Shown here: in pieces, positions 1 to 9,603 of the stretch
Layout: every line of letters starts with the position of its first letter
Numbering within the stretch: the stretch's first letter is position 1
Source of the DNA: Clostridia bacterium
GTDB taxonomy: Bacteria > Bacillota > Clostridia > UBA1212
NCBI GenBank assembly: GCA_017444825.1
Contig: JAFSVU010000020.1
Coordinates: 4,374 to 68,373, forward strand
Direction: 5' to 3'
DNA length: 64,000 bases
The notes under the pieces: model-generated
What the model was told of the DNA's origin: nothing
Database searches by the model: none
What the model saw: the letters and a program-made list of their open reading frames with translations, nothing else
Translations under genes and position numbers: made by a program

Positions 1-738
1 ACAAATATGAAATAGAAACACTTTTCGTAATTGTCAAGTCCCTGAGGCATTTTTTCGATGATCCTGTCCACCACCGCGTAATAGAGGTCCACCGCCCTTC
101 TGACCTTGTCCCTGTCCGATTCGGGATGGTTCAGCCATTCGTTCGGCATATAGTAGGTAAGTTCGTAGGATGTGCCGTAAAAGTCTGAAGAAGGCATCAT
201 GTCGCTGTAGAGAAACAGCTCGGGTCTGTCAAGTCTCAGCGCGTCGATGGCATTGGTTACGGGATAGAAAAGGTCGCTGTCGTAATCGTTCTGGTCAAGC
301 GAATAATCACCGAATTTCTCTGCGTTTTCTTCCACTTTTTCGTAGAACAGTACCTCGTCTGCGCTTTTCAGAGAATCCTTTGCCTTCGGAAGCGATCCGT
401 AAGCTCCCGGATCGAGGTCCTCCGCCAGCCTGTCGCCAAGGGAGTTCATAAGCGTCACAGCCCTTTTTATAATGCCGTCGATCCTTTCGGATGCTTCTTT
501 TTCGATGTCGGAGTTAAATTCCTCACCCGGATCGAAGGAGGTTTCATATTTCGGTTTCAGCGGAGTCGGGTCCGGGGCGTTTGTTTTCTGATCATCCTGA
601 CCTCCGGGCGAGGGGACCCGGTCGTTAGGCACGATTCTTATAATGCCGCATCCGGCCAGGTAGACAACAAGAAGCAGCGCCATAAAAAAAGCGCCGCACC
701 TTCCTATTATTCCGTTACCGCTGAAATATCTTCTCACT
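1..738 (-). CDS. Putative lipoprotein, 3' end beyond window start (start GTG 738 or ATG 683). Signal peptide + lipobox LAGC.
   Basis: Reverse-strand translation gives MRRYFSGNGIIGRCGAFFMALLLVVYLAGCGIIRIVPNDR..., continuing open to position 1. AGGAAAG RBS before GTG. Not in ORF track because it is truncated. Confidence 0.45.
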
Positions 739-752
739 TTGTCTTTCCTGCT

Positions 753-1292
753 TTACAGTCCGAAGACTCTTTTTGCTTCGGGGTTCCTTGACGCCATCTC
801 TTTTTTGATCCTCTCGTCGGGATCTATGAAAATGTCGAACTGAACGCCCTCGTCCTTTCCTCTGGCGGTAAAGAAATATATCTCCTCGCTCTCCTCATTA
901 AAGCAGGGGAGCACCTTGTGATTGTTTTCCTTGGCCAGTTTTTCCTTCACCTCCACCTCTTCGGCTTTGGCGATCTTGAACCCCTGGGCGTCTCTGATGT
1001 CGAAGCTCATCACCTTCTTACGCCAGGTCTGGTTCCTTATCTCCGAGATTGTCATCTCGCCCGATACAATAGACAGCTCGTACTCAAGTCTGCTTCTCTT
1101 TATGAGCAATATCGATCCGTAGCATCCGATTCCGGTGATCATGATGACAAGAAGCACGCCGATCAGCTCAAGCAACGCAAAAAGCACCGTGTCTATCGCC
1201 ACAACAGCGACCGCGATCAGTATTATCCAGACCGGGATCATCTTGTTTTTTCTTGCCCTTATAAATGACTCTGTTACGCCATCGTTCATCAT
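753..1292 (-). CDS. Membrane protein with two TM helices and a bacterial PH-like (bPH_2/YdbT-like) domain
   Basis: ORF track 179 aa. Hydrophobic segments IPVWIILIAVAVVAI and LIGVLLVIMITGIG precede a soluble C-terminal domain. Stop 15 nt before the next minus-strand gene. Confidence 0.45.
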   Translation of the reverse strand: MMNDGVTESFIRARKNKMIPVWIILIAVAVVAIDTVLFALLELIGVLLVIMITGIGCYGSILLIKRSRLEYELSIVSGEMTISEIRNQTWRKKVMSFDIRDAQGFKIAKAEEVEVKEKLAKENNHKVLPCFNEESEEIYFFTARGKDEGVQFDIFIDPDERIKKEMASRNPEAKRVFGL

Positions 1293-1384
1293 ATGTCAGT
1301 CTTTTATCCTCATATTATCGGCAAACACCTTCAGACGCTTCCCGCGTCCGAAGGTGTGTCAGTCTAAATTGTAATCTTAAGTAA

Positions 1385-2830
1385 TTACCGAGTCAGCCAG
1401 CTGGCTTGGGCAGTTTCCTGAAGCTTCTGGAGTCCCTCAAGCATGGTCCTCTCGCCGGAGAGATAGCCTTCAACAGCATAGGCGATGTTGATCTCGCCTG
1501 CGGACATCGTAGGCATGAAGCATCCGAGGGAGCCTGCGAAATCCGCGCTTTCAGCAAAGTTCGAGAAAACGGAGGAGTTCTTTCCGGCCTTTGGATACTC
1601 GCGCCAGAATTTCTCCGAGTTTGCTTCCTTGTTAGCGGGAACGGACTGGCCTTGATCCGCATATCCTTCCGCAGCATCTTTTACCGTTGCGTAAAGAGCC
1701 AGATAAGCGCAGGTGCGGTAGAAGTCGTCGTTGTATGTTTCGCTCTTGCCGTGGTTGACCACTGCAAAGCCGTATACATTGGCGGCGATGGCCTGGTGAT
1801 AAATGCCGTTCTCCTCGTAATTGTCATCTTCCCAGCGGGGGAAATGGATGAAATCCCAGGTCCACTTTTCGCCTTCGGACTCCTCGTCCTCGGCCGCCAG
1901 CAGCGCCTCGCTCCATCTTGCGATATCCTCGTGATCCGCAACTATGAATGCGTATTTTGAAATATCATCGGGCTCAATGTCCTTGGAGTTTACGCAGGCA
2001 ACCAGTCCTCTTGCGGGATCGATTATGTCTGCCATATCCTCAAGGCCTTTTACAACGCCGGGATGTGTGAGGTCAAGCTCTTTTACATCTTCGGAGTTTC
2101 CAACGTAGTCATAAATGTCTTGACCGTAGCTTCTTGCGAAAGCGCCCCATATCGCATAGTCGGTATAGTCCATCGCGATCGGAGTCTCAACGCCCTTCTC
2201 CTTCAGCGCCTCTGCGATCTCGACCATGTCGTCCCAGGTCCAGTCGTCGTGGGGGAAAGAGAATCCCGCGTCTCCTATAAGAGAATAGTTGAGGAGCACG
2301 AACTTGTGGTTGTACTCAAGAGCTATCATGTAGACGGATCCGTTGTAGAAGCAGGCTTCGTAAGCCGCGGGAAGCAGGTCCGTTGCGGGGTTGATCTTCT
2401 TATACGTGTCAAAATTCAGGACAGTTCCGATGTACCGGGTCAGATCAATGATCTTGCCCTCCTGGGCATACTTTGCCATTCTCGGCGCATCCAGCAGTAT
2501 AACGTCTCCCGCCTCTGAAAGGTCGTCCGAGTCCATAAGATCGTCCAGTGTCTCAAAGTAGAGCTCCGGGCTTACACGGTCAAGATCGATATTGATCTCA
2601 ACGCTTGGATAGTCGGAAACGAATACCGATTTGTATCTTTCCAGGTTCTGGGCTCTGTCAGCATATAGATATCCTGAAAGTCTGATCTCATTTACAAGAG
2701 CTTCCGGAGTGGGTCTCGGGGTCGCTTTTGGGCCGTCATCGTCCTTTTTCTTCTCGGCGCAACCGAAGAAGCTGAATGTCAGAAGCAATGTCAGAGCGAC
2801 AGCGATAATGATCTTTAAAGCTTTTTTCAT
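1385..2830 (-). CDS. ABC transporter extracellular solute-binding lipoprotein (family 1, carbohydrate-type)
   Basis: Internal start MKKALKIIIAVALTLLLTFSFFGCAEKKK (signal + lipobox) preceded by a perfect RBS (revcomp TAAGGAGGAGGGACAA-ATG). Last gene of the transporter operon. The ORF track's upstream extension overlaps the permease gene and is rejected. Confidence 0.8.
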   Translation of the reverse strand: MKKALKIIIAVALTLLLTFSFFGCAEKKKDDDGPKATPRPTPEALVNEIRLSGYLYADRAQNLERYKSVFVSDYPSVEINIDLDRVSPELYFETLDDLMDSDDLSEAGDVILLDAPRMAKYAQEGKIIDLTRYIGTVLNFDTYKKINPATDLLPAAYEACFYNGSVYMIALEYNHKFVLLNYSLIGDAGFSFPHDDWTWDDMVEIAEALKEKGVETPIAMDYTDYAIWGAFARSYGQDIYDYVGNSEDVKELDLTHPGVVKGLEDMADIIDPARGLVACVNSKDIEPDDISKYAFIVADHEDIARWSEALLAAEDEESEGEKWTWDFIHFPRWEDDNYEENGIYHQAIAANVYGFAVVNHGKSETYNDDFYRTCAYLALYATVKDAAEGYADQGQSVPANKEANSEKFWREYPKAGKNSSVFSNFAESADFAGSLGCFMPTMSAGEINIAYAVEGYLSGERTMLEGLQKLQETAQASWLTR

Positions 2831-2843
2831 TTGTCCCTCCTCC

Positions 2844-3854
2844 TTATTCGATAACACCGATACGCTCGATACCGGCGGCAAGCTGCTTCTGTCCGAAGAT
2901 GTAGACCAGAAGGACCGGGAACATGACCATGAGGCACCCTGCGAAGAGCATCGGTTCCGAGAGAGCTCTGTCAAGCTCCGACATCATCTGGGATGTGGCA
3001 TACTTGTTGAAGTAGTTTCTTATGTTTGCAAGTCTCGGCTGCAGTGTCTGTTTGCCCTCGAGGTACATGTAGGTGGGAGCCTCGTAGTTGTCATTCCAGT
3101 GCCATACGAATGAGAATATGAACACGATGGCTATGGCCGACTTGACCAGAGGCAGCATGATCTGTCCGAAAACTCTGACAGGGCCCGCGCCGTCGATCCT
3201 TGCGGAGTCGTCCAGTACAGGAGGTATTCTCTGGAAGAAGTACATGTAGATCATTACGAACAGCGCGCCGCGGAGACCGAGTCCGAATACCGCAGGCAAC
3301 ACCACAGGTCCCCACGTATTAACAAGGCTCAAAGTCGCCCAGAGTCCGTACGAAGCAAGTATCATAACCTGAGGCGGGATGAGAAGCACCAATACCACCA
3401 GGATGAACACTATGTTCCTGAATCTGAACTTGTAGCGGCCCAGTGAATAACCAATGAGCGCACAGGACAGTGTCTGGAATATTGCCGAAAGCAGCGACGT
3501 TCCGAGGGAGTTAAAGAATGACGGAATGTAGTCGAGAGCCTGGAAGGCTTTCACAAAGTTGTCCCAGTTTACCGTGGTCGGAATGTACTGGACCGTCGGA
3601 TCCATGTAATCCTGCGACGTCATGAGCGACGTACTGAAGATGTAGATAAAGGGCAGAATGAAGAGGAATGCCATCTCAATGAGAACAAAGTAAACAAATA
3701 TTCTCGATATGAAATGCATTATTTTCTTTTTCGCCTTATAACCAAGGTTTTCGTATTTCTTGATGAGGCCTTTTATACCGCCGATGCGTTTCTTTTCGAC
3801 AACACCTGCAGCGTTTTCAGCAGCATTAACGGTTTCTGTTGTCACTTCAGCCAC
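2844..3854 (-). CDS. ABC transporter permease, MalG-like (CUT1 family)
   Basis: 336 aa, 6 TM pattern. EAA-loop-like DDSARIDGAGPVRVFGQIMLPLVKSAIAIVF. Confidence 0.85.
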   Translation of the reverse strand: MAEVTTETVNAAENAAGVVEKKRIGGIKGLIKKYENLGYKAKKKIMHFISRIFVYFVLIEMAFLFILPFIYIFSTSLMTSQDYMDPTVQYIPTTVNWDNFVKAFQALDYIPSFFNSLGTSLLSAIFQTLSCALIGYSLGRYKFRFRNIVFILVVLVLLIPPQVMILASYGLWATLSLVNTWGPVVLPAVFGLGLRGALFVMIYMYFFQRIPPVLDDSARIDGAGPVRVFGQIMLPLVKSAIAIVFIFSFVWHWNDNYEAPTYMYLEGKQTLQPRLANIRNYFNKYATSQMMSELDRALSEPMLFAGCLMVMFPVLLVYIFGQKQLAAGIERIGVIE

Positions 3855-4780
3855 CTCCTCGTAAACAGTATGAATATGAGTATGACCGCGAGCGTGGCAA
3901 GCATGTACAGCCAGCTGAGAGCGGAAGCCTGTCCGTATTTCGTACCCTCCTGAGTCATGCTGTTCATGATGCTCATAACAGGGTTGTCGGAAGCAACGAA
4001 GGAGTCAACAAGAGCATAGATGCAGTTCAGGATCACGAAAGGTGAAATGTAAGGCAGCGTAACGTGCCAAAAACTTTCCCAGGCGGTAGCACCGTCGATC
4101 TCAACGACCTCGTAGAGGATCGCCGGAACACTCTGGAGCGCTGCGAGGAAGATCAGTATCTCAACACTGCTGGCCCACATGATTGAGCCTATGTTGCTCA
4201 TGATCGTTCCGAAGAAAGTATTTATCTCAGCGGAGCCCGTGGTGATGGAGCTGAATACGCTCATGTTTCCTACGCCATCCGCAAAGAGGTAAGTCATAAT
4301 GGTTCCGGCAAGGATGACCGGGATGAAGAATATGACACGGAACACTGTCCTTCCCGGGAACTCCTGCTTAAGGAGCACAGCCACGAACAGCGAGAACGCA
4401 ACGATGACAGGCACCTTAATGAGAGACATACCGAAGGACTTAAACACCGTTTCACCTACGGACGGATCCTGGATGACCTTAACGTAGTTGTTGATGCCAA
4501 CGAACGTACTGGTTCCCTGGAATCCGTAGAGGTCTGTAAGAACCGTCTGGAAGAAGCTGATCCTTACGGACAGCACCAGCGGCACCACTATGAAACCGAG
4601 AAAACCTATCAGCCAGGGGATCGAGAAAACGAATCCTTCAAGGTTGCGTCTTTTCTCAAAAGACATCAGAGTGTATTTTTGAGAATGCGCAAGCTTCTTT
4701 TTATACTTAATCTGTTTCAAATCAACCGGCCTCCCTTCTTTATCCGACATTAACGGTCTCGAATGCGCCGTTTGTGACAA
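3842..4780 (-). CDS. ABC transporter permease, MalF/UgpA-like (CUT1 family)
   Basis: 312 aa with N-terminal basic region then TM helices. Overlaps the downstream permease by 13 nt (translational coupling). Confidence 0.85.
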   Translation of the reverse strand: MSQTAHSRPLMSDKEGRPVDLKQIKYKKKLAHSQKYTLMSFEKRRNLEGFVFSIPWLIGFLGFIVVPLVLSVRISFFQTVLTDLYGFQGTSTFVGINNYVKVIQDPSVGETVFKSFGMSLIKVPVIVAFSLFVAVLLKQEFPGRTVFRVIFFIPVILAGTIMTYLFADGVGNMSVFSSITTGSAEINTFFGTIMSNIGSIMWASSVEILIFLAALQSVPAILYEVVEIDGATAWESFWHVTLPYISPFVILNCIYALVDSFVASDNPVMSIMNSMTQEGTKYGQASALSWLYMLATLAVILIFILFTRRWLK

Positions 4781-7469
4781 GGCCTATGCCAAGAGCCGGA
4801 ACAACTCCGTCCTCGGTCTCAAAAGCCTCATCTCCGTAGTTAACATAAACCTTAATGCCGTTGCTGTACTCGGTGCAGTAAACATTACCGGATCTTGCTC
4901 CGTCAACGCAACGGTGGCCGGTGATCTCTGCGGCAGCAACAGGGGCGAGCACTTTGTCGGCTATTACGTAGCCCTTCTGAATATCCTTCGAAAGTTCTCC
5001 GTACTGTGCCTTGAAAAGTGAATTGTAGTTTGTGTATCTGAGTTCCTCGGTGGGCTCATGGGTCACTTCGTATGTGAGAAATGCGCCGTACTCAATGGAT
5101 CTCAGGATGGTCTTGGTGTAGTCGGAGCTTCTGTTGACGGCAGATGAATAGTAATCAACCAGTCCGTGATACACGATCTCAAGAAGCGGCACAGACTCAT
5201 CGATGGAGAAGAGTCTCGAGGTCTCCGTAGGAATGTCGAGGATGTTGTCGGCGACTGAAGCCGCATACTCATAGCCATAGTATACCGATACGGTGTCGAA
5301 TACCTCTTTGTACTTCACGATCCAACTGCGGTAGTATTCCAGTCCCTGCTGGCGGAGAAGAGCATTCTCCTTGTTATAGTCGGTATAAAGCAGATTGCCA
5401 AGCTGCTGGAGGTCAAGGTTCTTAAAGCCGAGCTTTGAGAGGTTCTTGATGTCGTTGCTCAGCATCTTGTTGTTGTAGTAGCGGGGGCTCATGTAGTAAT
5501 AGTCCGAATCCCTTCTGAACACGCCCGCGGTGCTGACCAGCTTATAGTTAACGTAGAACGTACCGGGATTCTTTACGACTGCCTGCCTGAGACTTGCGCC
5601 CTTCGGATTTCCGTAGAGTATGAGCATGTTCACGTCAGCAGAGACGGTGGCATCGCTCTCCGCAGCATAGGAGTTGAGATCCTTCAGACCGCCGGAGCCG
5701 CCCATAGCCAGACCGATGTTGTATTTCCGCGTAATGTTTCCGTAGTAGCCGTTCTGCTGCCAGCCCAGCACGGAGTAGCGGATCTTCGGCAATACCGTCT
5801 TAGTGTCGCCGATAATATCCTTTATCTGACCGAAAGTGGTCATGACCTTATAAGTCGGGAATATGGATACCGAAGCCCTGTTTATGTCAGCCACAAAGAC
5901 CTTGAGGTTGAGCACGTCAGGATTCTTGTTCTTGTTCTCCTCAGTGTTTACATCCACCTCGGAATTCTTCAGATAATCAAGGGTCTTCTTATCGTTGCCC
6001 CACTTCTCAATGATAAAGTTTCTGATGTTCTTGGCCACATCCACGTATGAGTAGTCCTTTGAGCTGTCGATCTCAAACATGTATTTCATGGTGAAATCGC
6101 CAATGCCGGACGGAACCTCGAGGAATGTGTACTCGGAACCGCCGTTGCTGAGCTTCGCCTGGTAGAACTCTCTCCACTTGAAGTAATATGAAATGTAGTA
6201 GAACGGGAGGCTCTTCGTGCCGGGCTTGCCCATGAGGATGGAAGCATTGGCTTCGCTCTCGGTAGCAAAGCATGTGAGCATCACTTCGTCGTCGATCGTG
6301 CCGAAAGCGGGAAGCGATATGGTCTCATTGGTCATATTCGGGTAGTTGAACACGTCGAATATGTCGTCGTAGCCGTAAATGCGCTTCTGGTACTCGTCGT
6401 ATGTGGAAATACGGGGCACGTCAAAATATGTGAGACCGCCTGAGCCGTCGGGAGTCACGTAATAACCGCTGTCGCCCTGTCTCTTTGCGCTGATAAAGGG
6501 CAGGCAGGCTATGGAAGCAACTCTCGGCATCTCGTCGGAATCATTGTCGTAGTCCTTTTCCTCCTTGTCCTCATGGACATCCTTCTTGGGAACGTTCACC
6601 ACGAGGTCGCCGTTTTCATCAAGGTAGAACTCAACGCCAATGCTGAACTCATAATTGACCTTGTAGGTCTCCGCCATGTTGTTGGTCTTGGTGATCTCAA
6701 CGGGGATGGTGTATTTAACCTTGAAGCCGTTTTCGATCATGTAATACTCGATGGTAAGCTTATCGTTCTGGTTGATACCCCAGTCCTTTCCTCCGTCAAG
6801 GTTGGAAGCGGTCCAGCCGAGTCTTACAAGAGACGAAATGATGTCATGGTTCTTCTTGTACTTCGGGTAGGGATCGTCTTTGGTGGCGGGATCCATCTCG
6901 CTTTCAAGCGGCGCTGGCCAGCTTCTGATCTCTTTTCTGTCGCCTTTTGCATTGGTTATGTCAAGGATCAGCAGCTGATCGGCAGGCGAGAACTTAAGGA
7001 TTGTCTCACCGCCCTGGCTGTTTTTGACCTTTGCGATCTCGGTCATGCCGGCATCCAGATCAATGCCGGCGCCCACAGGCTTGGGATCGTTCATGACGAT
7101 ATAGTCGCGAAGCCATTTGATGTAGCCGACGTTTCCGCCGAATATTACTTTGTATACTACGAAGACAGCCACGAGGACCACTATCACCGAAATGGTGGTG
7201 GCGATGATCCTGTTTCTCTTCTTTTTCTTTCTCTGCTGCTCGAGGAACCTTTCGGCCTCCTCTTTGTCGACGTAGACATTTCTCTTTACATTTTCCTCGT
7301 CCAGAGACTTGGAGAACAGAGAGGGCTTGTTCTCTTCGGGATTTTCGGTGCCCTGAGTTTTGTCGACAGGATTGGTTTCTGCGGCATTTTCCGGGGTCGT
7401 TCCCTCTATAGTCGTGTTGACTTGAGCAGCGTCTTTATCAGTTTCGGTCTTCTTTATTTTCTTAGACAA
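4740..7469 (-). CDS. Large type-II membrane protein, glycoside-hydrolase-like extracellular domain. Uncharacterised family, paralogous to CDS 41723-43579.
   Basis: 909 aa. TTG start at 7469 with AAAGGAG RBS. About 90 aa of charged N-terminus, then TM IIATTISVIVVLVAVFVVY, then a large ectodomain. Shares GG.SGGLKDL / LGWQQNGYYG / PLLEIVYHG motifs with the cytoplasmic paralog LDGWGKMGYD / GGAEGMKDL / PLFTLVYHE. Confidence 0.6.
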   Translation of the reverse strand: MSKKIKKTETDKDAAQVNTTIEGTTPENAAETNPVDKTQGTENPEENKPSLFSKSLDEENVKRNVYVDKEEAERFLEQQRKKKKRNRIIATTISVIVVLVAVFVVYKVIFGGNVGYIKWLRDYIVMNDPKPVGAGIDLDAGMTEIAKVKNSQGGETILKFSPADQLLILDITNAKGDRKEIRSWPAPLESEMDPATKDDPYPKYKKNHDIISSLVRLGWTASNLDGGKDWGINQNDKLTIEYYMIENGFKVKYTIPVEITKTNNMAETYKVNYEFSIGVEFYLDENGDLVVNVPKKDVHEDKEEKDYDNDSDEMPRVASIACLPFISAKRQGDSGYYVTPDGSGGLTYFDVPRISTYDEYQKRIYGYDDIFDVFNYPNMTNETISLPAFGTIDDEVMLTCFATESEANASILMGKPGTKSLPFYYISYYFKWREFYQAKLSNGGSEYTFLEVPSGIGDFTMKYMFEIDSSKDYSYVDVAKNIRNFIIEKWGNDKKTLDYLKNSEVDVNTEENKNKNPDVLNLKVFVADINRASVSIFPTYKVMTTFGQIKDIIGDTKTVLPKIRYSVLGWQQNGYYGNITRKYNIGLAMGGSGGLKDLNSYAAESDATVSADVNMLILYGNPKGASLRQAVVKNPGTFYVNYKLVSTAGVFRRDSDYYYMSPRYYNNKMLSNDIKNLSKLGFKNLDLQQLGNLLYTDYNKENALLRQQGLEYYRSWIVKYKEVFDTVSVYYGYEYAASVADNILDIPTETSRLFSIDESVPLLEIVYHGLVDYYSSAVNRSSDYTKTILRSIEYGAFLTYEVTHEPTEELRYTNYNSLFKAQYGELSKDIQKGYVIADKVLAPVAAAEITGHRCVDGARSGNVYCTEYSNGIKVYVNYGDEAFETEDGVVPALGIGLVTNGAFETVNVG

Positions 7470-9591
7470 GATAGCTCAACTCCTTTGCAAACTGAACGAT
7501 GAAATCGATAAGCTGTGATGTAAGTCCTCTCACGATCATGAAGAGAACCACAACAGCGGCAACACCTGCGGCCGTAAGCACGAATACCAGCAGCGCCTTA
7601 AGCGGGTTGAATCCGTGTACGCCCTTCATGCACATGAATACGAGGAAAATGACCCATGCGTATGAGATGTATTGTACAATGTTGTAAAGAGGCATTTCCT
7701 GGAGCGTCAGCACCTGGGTGATGATCGCCAAAGGAAGCTGGATGAGTATGAAAGGCACGTGGCAATATGCTCCGCCGATCACAACGTCCCTGAATCTGCC
7801 TTCGCCGTAAAGGATAGTCGTAACACCGTAGTTGACAGTGCAGATGACCGCCCAGGGAAGGATACAGAACAGCAGTTCAAATCCCCAGTCAATGAATTCC
7901 AGAGACTCACCGTTTCTGTAAATGAAGCTCGTGGCGTACAGTGACAGGATATGTGTCACGATGTAGATCACCATGACTATCACCGCATCAAGGTAGGTTC
8001 CCTTGTTCTCATATCTGATATCTTCAAATCCGTCCACCGGATGGATCGAGATATGCACCATATTCTTGAGAAAGGCCACGGTCTTTGTGAAGAAGTTGAC
8101 CTTCGGCTCGCCCTTCGGATGCTTCATCCTGTAGCGCTTCATGATGGACTTAAATACCACGAGACCTACGAGAAGCACCACGAGCACGGTGGCGATGATC
8201 GAGAAGTACTCGCCAAGGAAGTCGGAGCGGAGCTCTTCAAACGCTGTGGACGCACCTGTCGCATCCTCGGCATCGTAGAAATACTGAAGCGCTTCACTGT
8301 ATCTTTCTTCTCTCCAGTAGATCTGACCGATGGACTGAAGCGCAAGAACGTAGAAGTTGTCTTCGCGCTTTACTTCCGTCCACTGAACGAAAGCATTGTC
8401 GGTTCCGGTGGGGTCGTCCGGGTTGTCAGCGGCTTCATATTTTCCGTCGCTGTAATTCTTATTGGCTTTGTGAACAAGTCTTGCAAACTCGGTCTGTTCG
8501 AATACGTAAACGGTGTTGTTCTGACCGTTGAGAACGTACAATCTGCCGTTTTCATCCACCTCAATGGATCTCGGGAGGGAGAACTGGCCGTAGCCCGTAC
8601 CTACCGCACCGAAAGCGAACAGGTTTCTGCCCCACTCATCATATTCATAAACACGGCCGTACGTGGCGTCAATGATGTACGTGTTAAGGTCCTTGTCAAC
8701 GGTGACGTCGATAAAGTTCTGAAGGTCGGCTGAGTTTCTCAAAAGACCTATATCCGAGAAATCCTTTCCGGCGTAAAGAACGTCCGAACCTGCGGGGTTT
8801 ATCTTACGCATCTGAGCACTGGTGTAACCGGTCGTAGTGGCGTAGATATAACCGTCATGTATAAATATATTGTTAAAAGTATAAGGGAGCGTAACAACGG
8901 TTCCTTTTCTGGACTCTCTTGACCAGAGGAATCTCGCGACCATCTCCCAGAATGTGAGAGCAACCTTGTTTGTTCCGAAATAGTTTCTGAACTCACCGTC
9001 GGAGGAGAGCATCAGAATACCGTTCGAGTCGCCAACGGAGCAAACGTAGATGTATCCCTTCTCATCTTTTACGACGCGCTGGGGCTGGTAGTTAAAATCA
9101 TCCACCAGTATGTCACTGGACGGAGTCGGATATGCGTAACGGAAATTGCCGTACTTCGTGAACTCCACAAGTCGCTTGTTACCGTAGTCGGCTACGAGAA
9201 TGGTTCCGTCTTTGTCAACGAACACGCAGGTCGGCTTGCTGAGCTTGCTTCCGTCCTCCTCGAAGCCTGTGATCTCGAAATCGAAAGTGTAGTCACTCTT
9301 CAGAATAACGATCCTGTTGTTTCCCGTATCGGCGATATAGATCTTTCCGTCGGGGCCGATGAAAATGTCCTCAGGGTCGAGGAGTTTTCCGTGCTCCTTG
9401 TCGGGGAAGTCGATTACCTTGCTGATTTGATAAGCCTCCGGTGTGGGAAGGTTCCAGCTGTAATCGTCAGAGGATGACATGAAGTAGTTTGAGTACGGAG
9501 TCGCGGCACTGACAGGCGCTATCGTGAAAAGTGAGAGCACCAACGCCAATGCGACCGAAAGACACACAAATTTTGAAATGTTTCTTCTCAT
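7462..9591 (-). CDS. Secreted NHL-repeat beta-propeller protein fused to a C-terminal multipass (Yip1-like) membrane domain
   Basis: 709 aa. Signal peptide ...APVSAATP. NHL-type repeats IYIADTGNNRIVIL, LVADYGNKRLVEF, YVLNGQNNTVYVF. The C-terminal ~270 aa contain 5-6 hydrophobic helices. Confidence 0.7.
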   Translation of the reverse strand: MRRNISKFVCLSVALALVLSLFTIAPVSAATPYSNYFMSSSDDYSWNLPTPEAYQISKVIDFPDKEHGKLLDPEDIFIGPDGKIYIADTGNNRIVILKSDYTFDFEITGFEEDGSKLSKPTCVFVDKDGTILVADYGNKRLVEFTKYGNFRYAYPTPSSDILVDDFNYQPQRVVKDEKGYIYVCSVGDSNGILMLSSDGEFRNYFGTNKVALTFWEMVARFLWSRESRKGTVVTLPYTFNNIFIHDGYIYATTTGYTSAQMRKINPAGSDVLYAGKDFSDIGLLRNSADLQNFIDVTVDKDLNTYIIDATYGRVYEYDEWGRNLFAFGAVGTGYGQFSLPRSIEVDENGRLYVLNGQNNTVYVFEQTEFARLVHKANKNYSDGKYEAADNPDDPTGTDNAFVQWTEVKREDNFYVLALQSIGQIYWREERYSEALQYFYDAEDATGASTAFEELRSDFLGEYFSIIATVLVVLLVGLVVFKSIMKRYRMKHPKGEPKVNFFTKTVAFLKNMVHISIHPVDGFEDIRYENKGTYLDAVIVMVIYIVTHILSLYATSFIYRNGESLEFIDWGFELLFCILPWAVICTVNYGVTTILYGEGRFRDVVIGGAYCHVPFILIQLPLAIITQVLTLQEMPLYNIVQYISYAWVIFLVFMCMKGVHGFNPLKALLVFVLTAAGVAAVVVLFMIVRGLTSQLIDFIVQFAKELSYLV

Positions 9592-9603
9592 CCGGCGCCT
9601 CCT

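Noticed and set aside
2831-2974. N-terminal 48-aa extension of the SBP ORF in the track
   Set aside because: Overlaps the upstream permease gene. Internal MKK start has a perfect RBS and a lipoprotein signal.
6573-7502. 309-aa plus-strand ORF; also 38305-39246 and 45794-46495 plus ORFs
   Set aside because: Shadow ORFs opposite the 909-aa protein, the GH-like lipoprotein and gtrA respectively.
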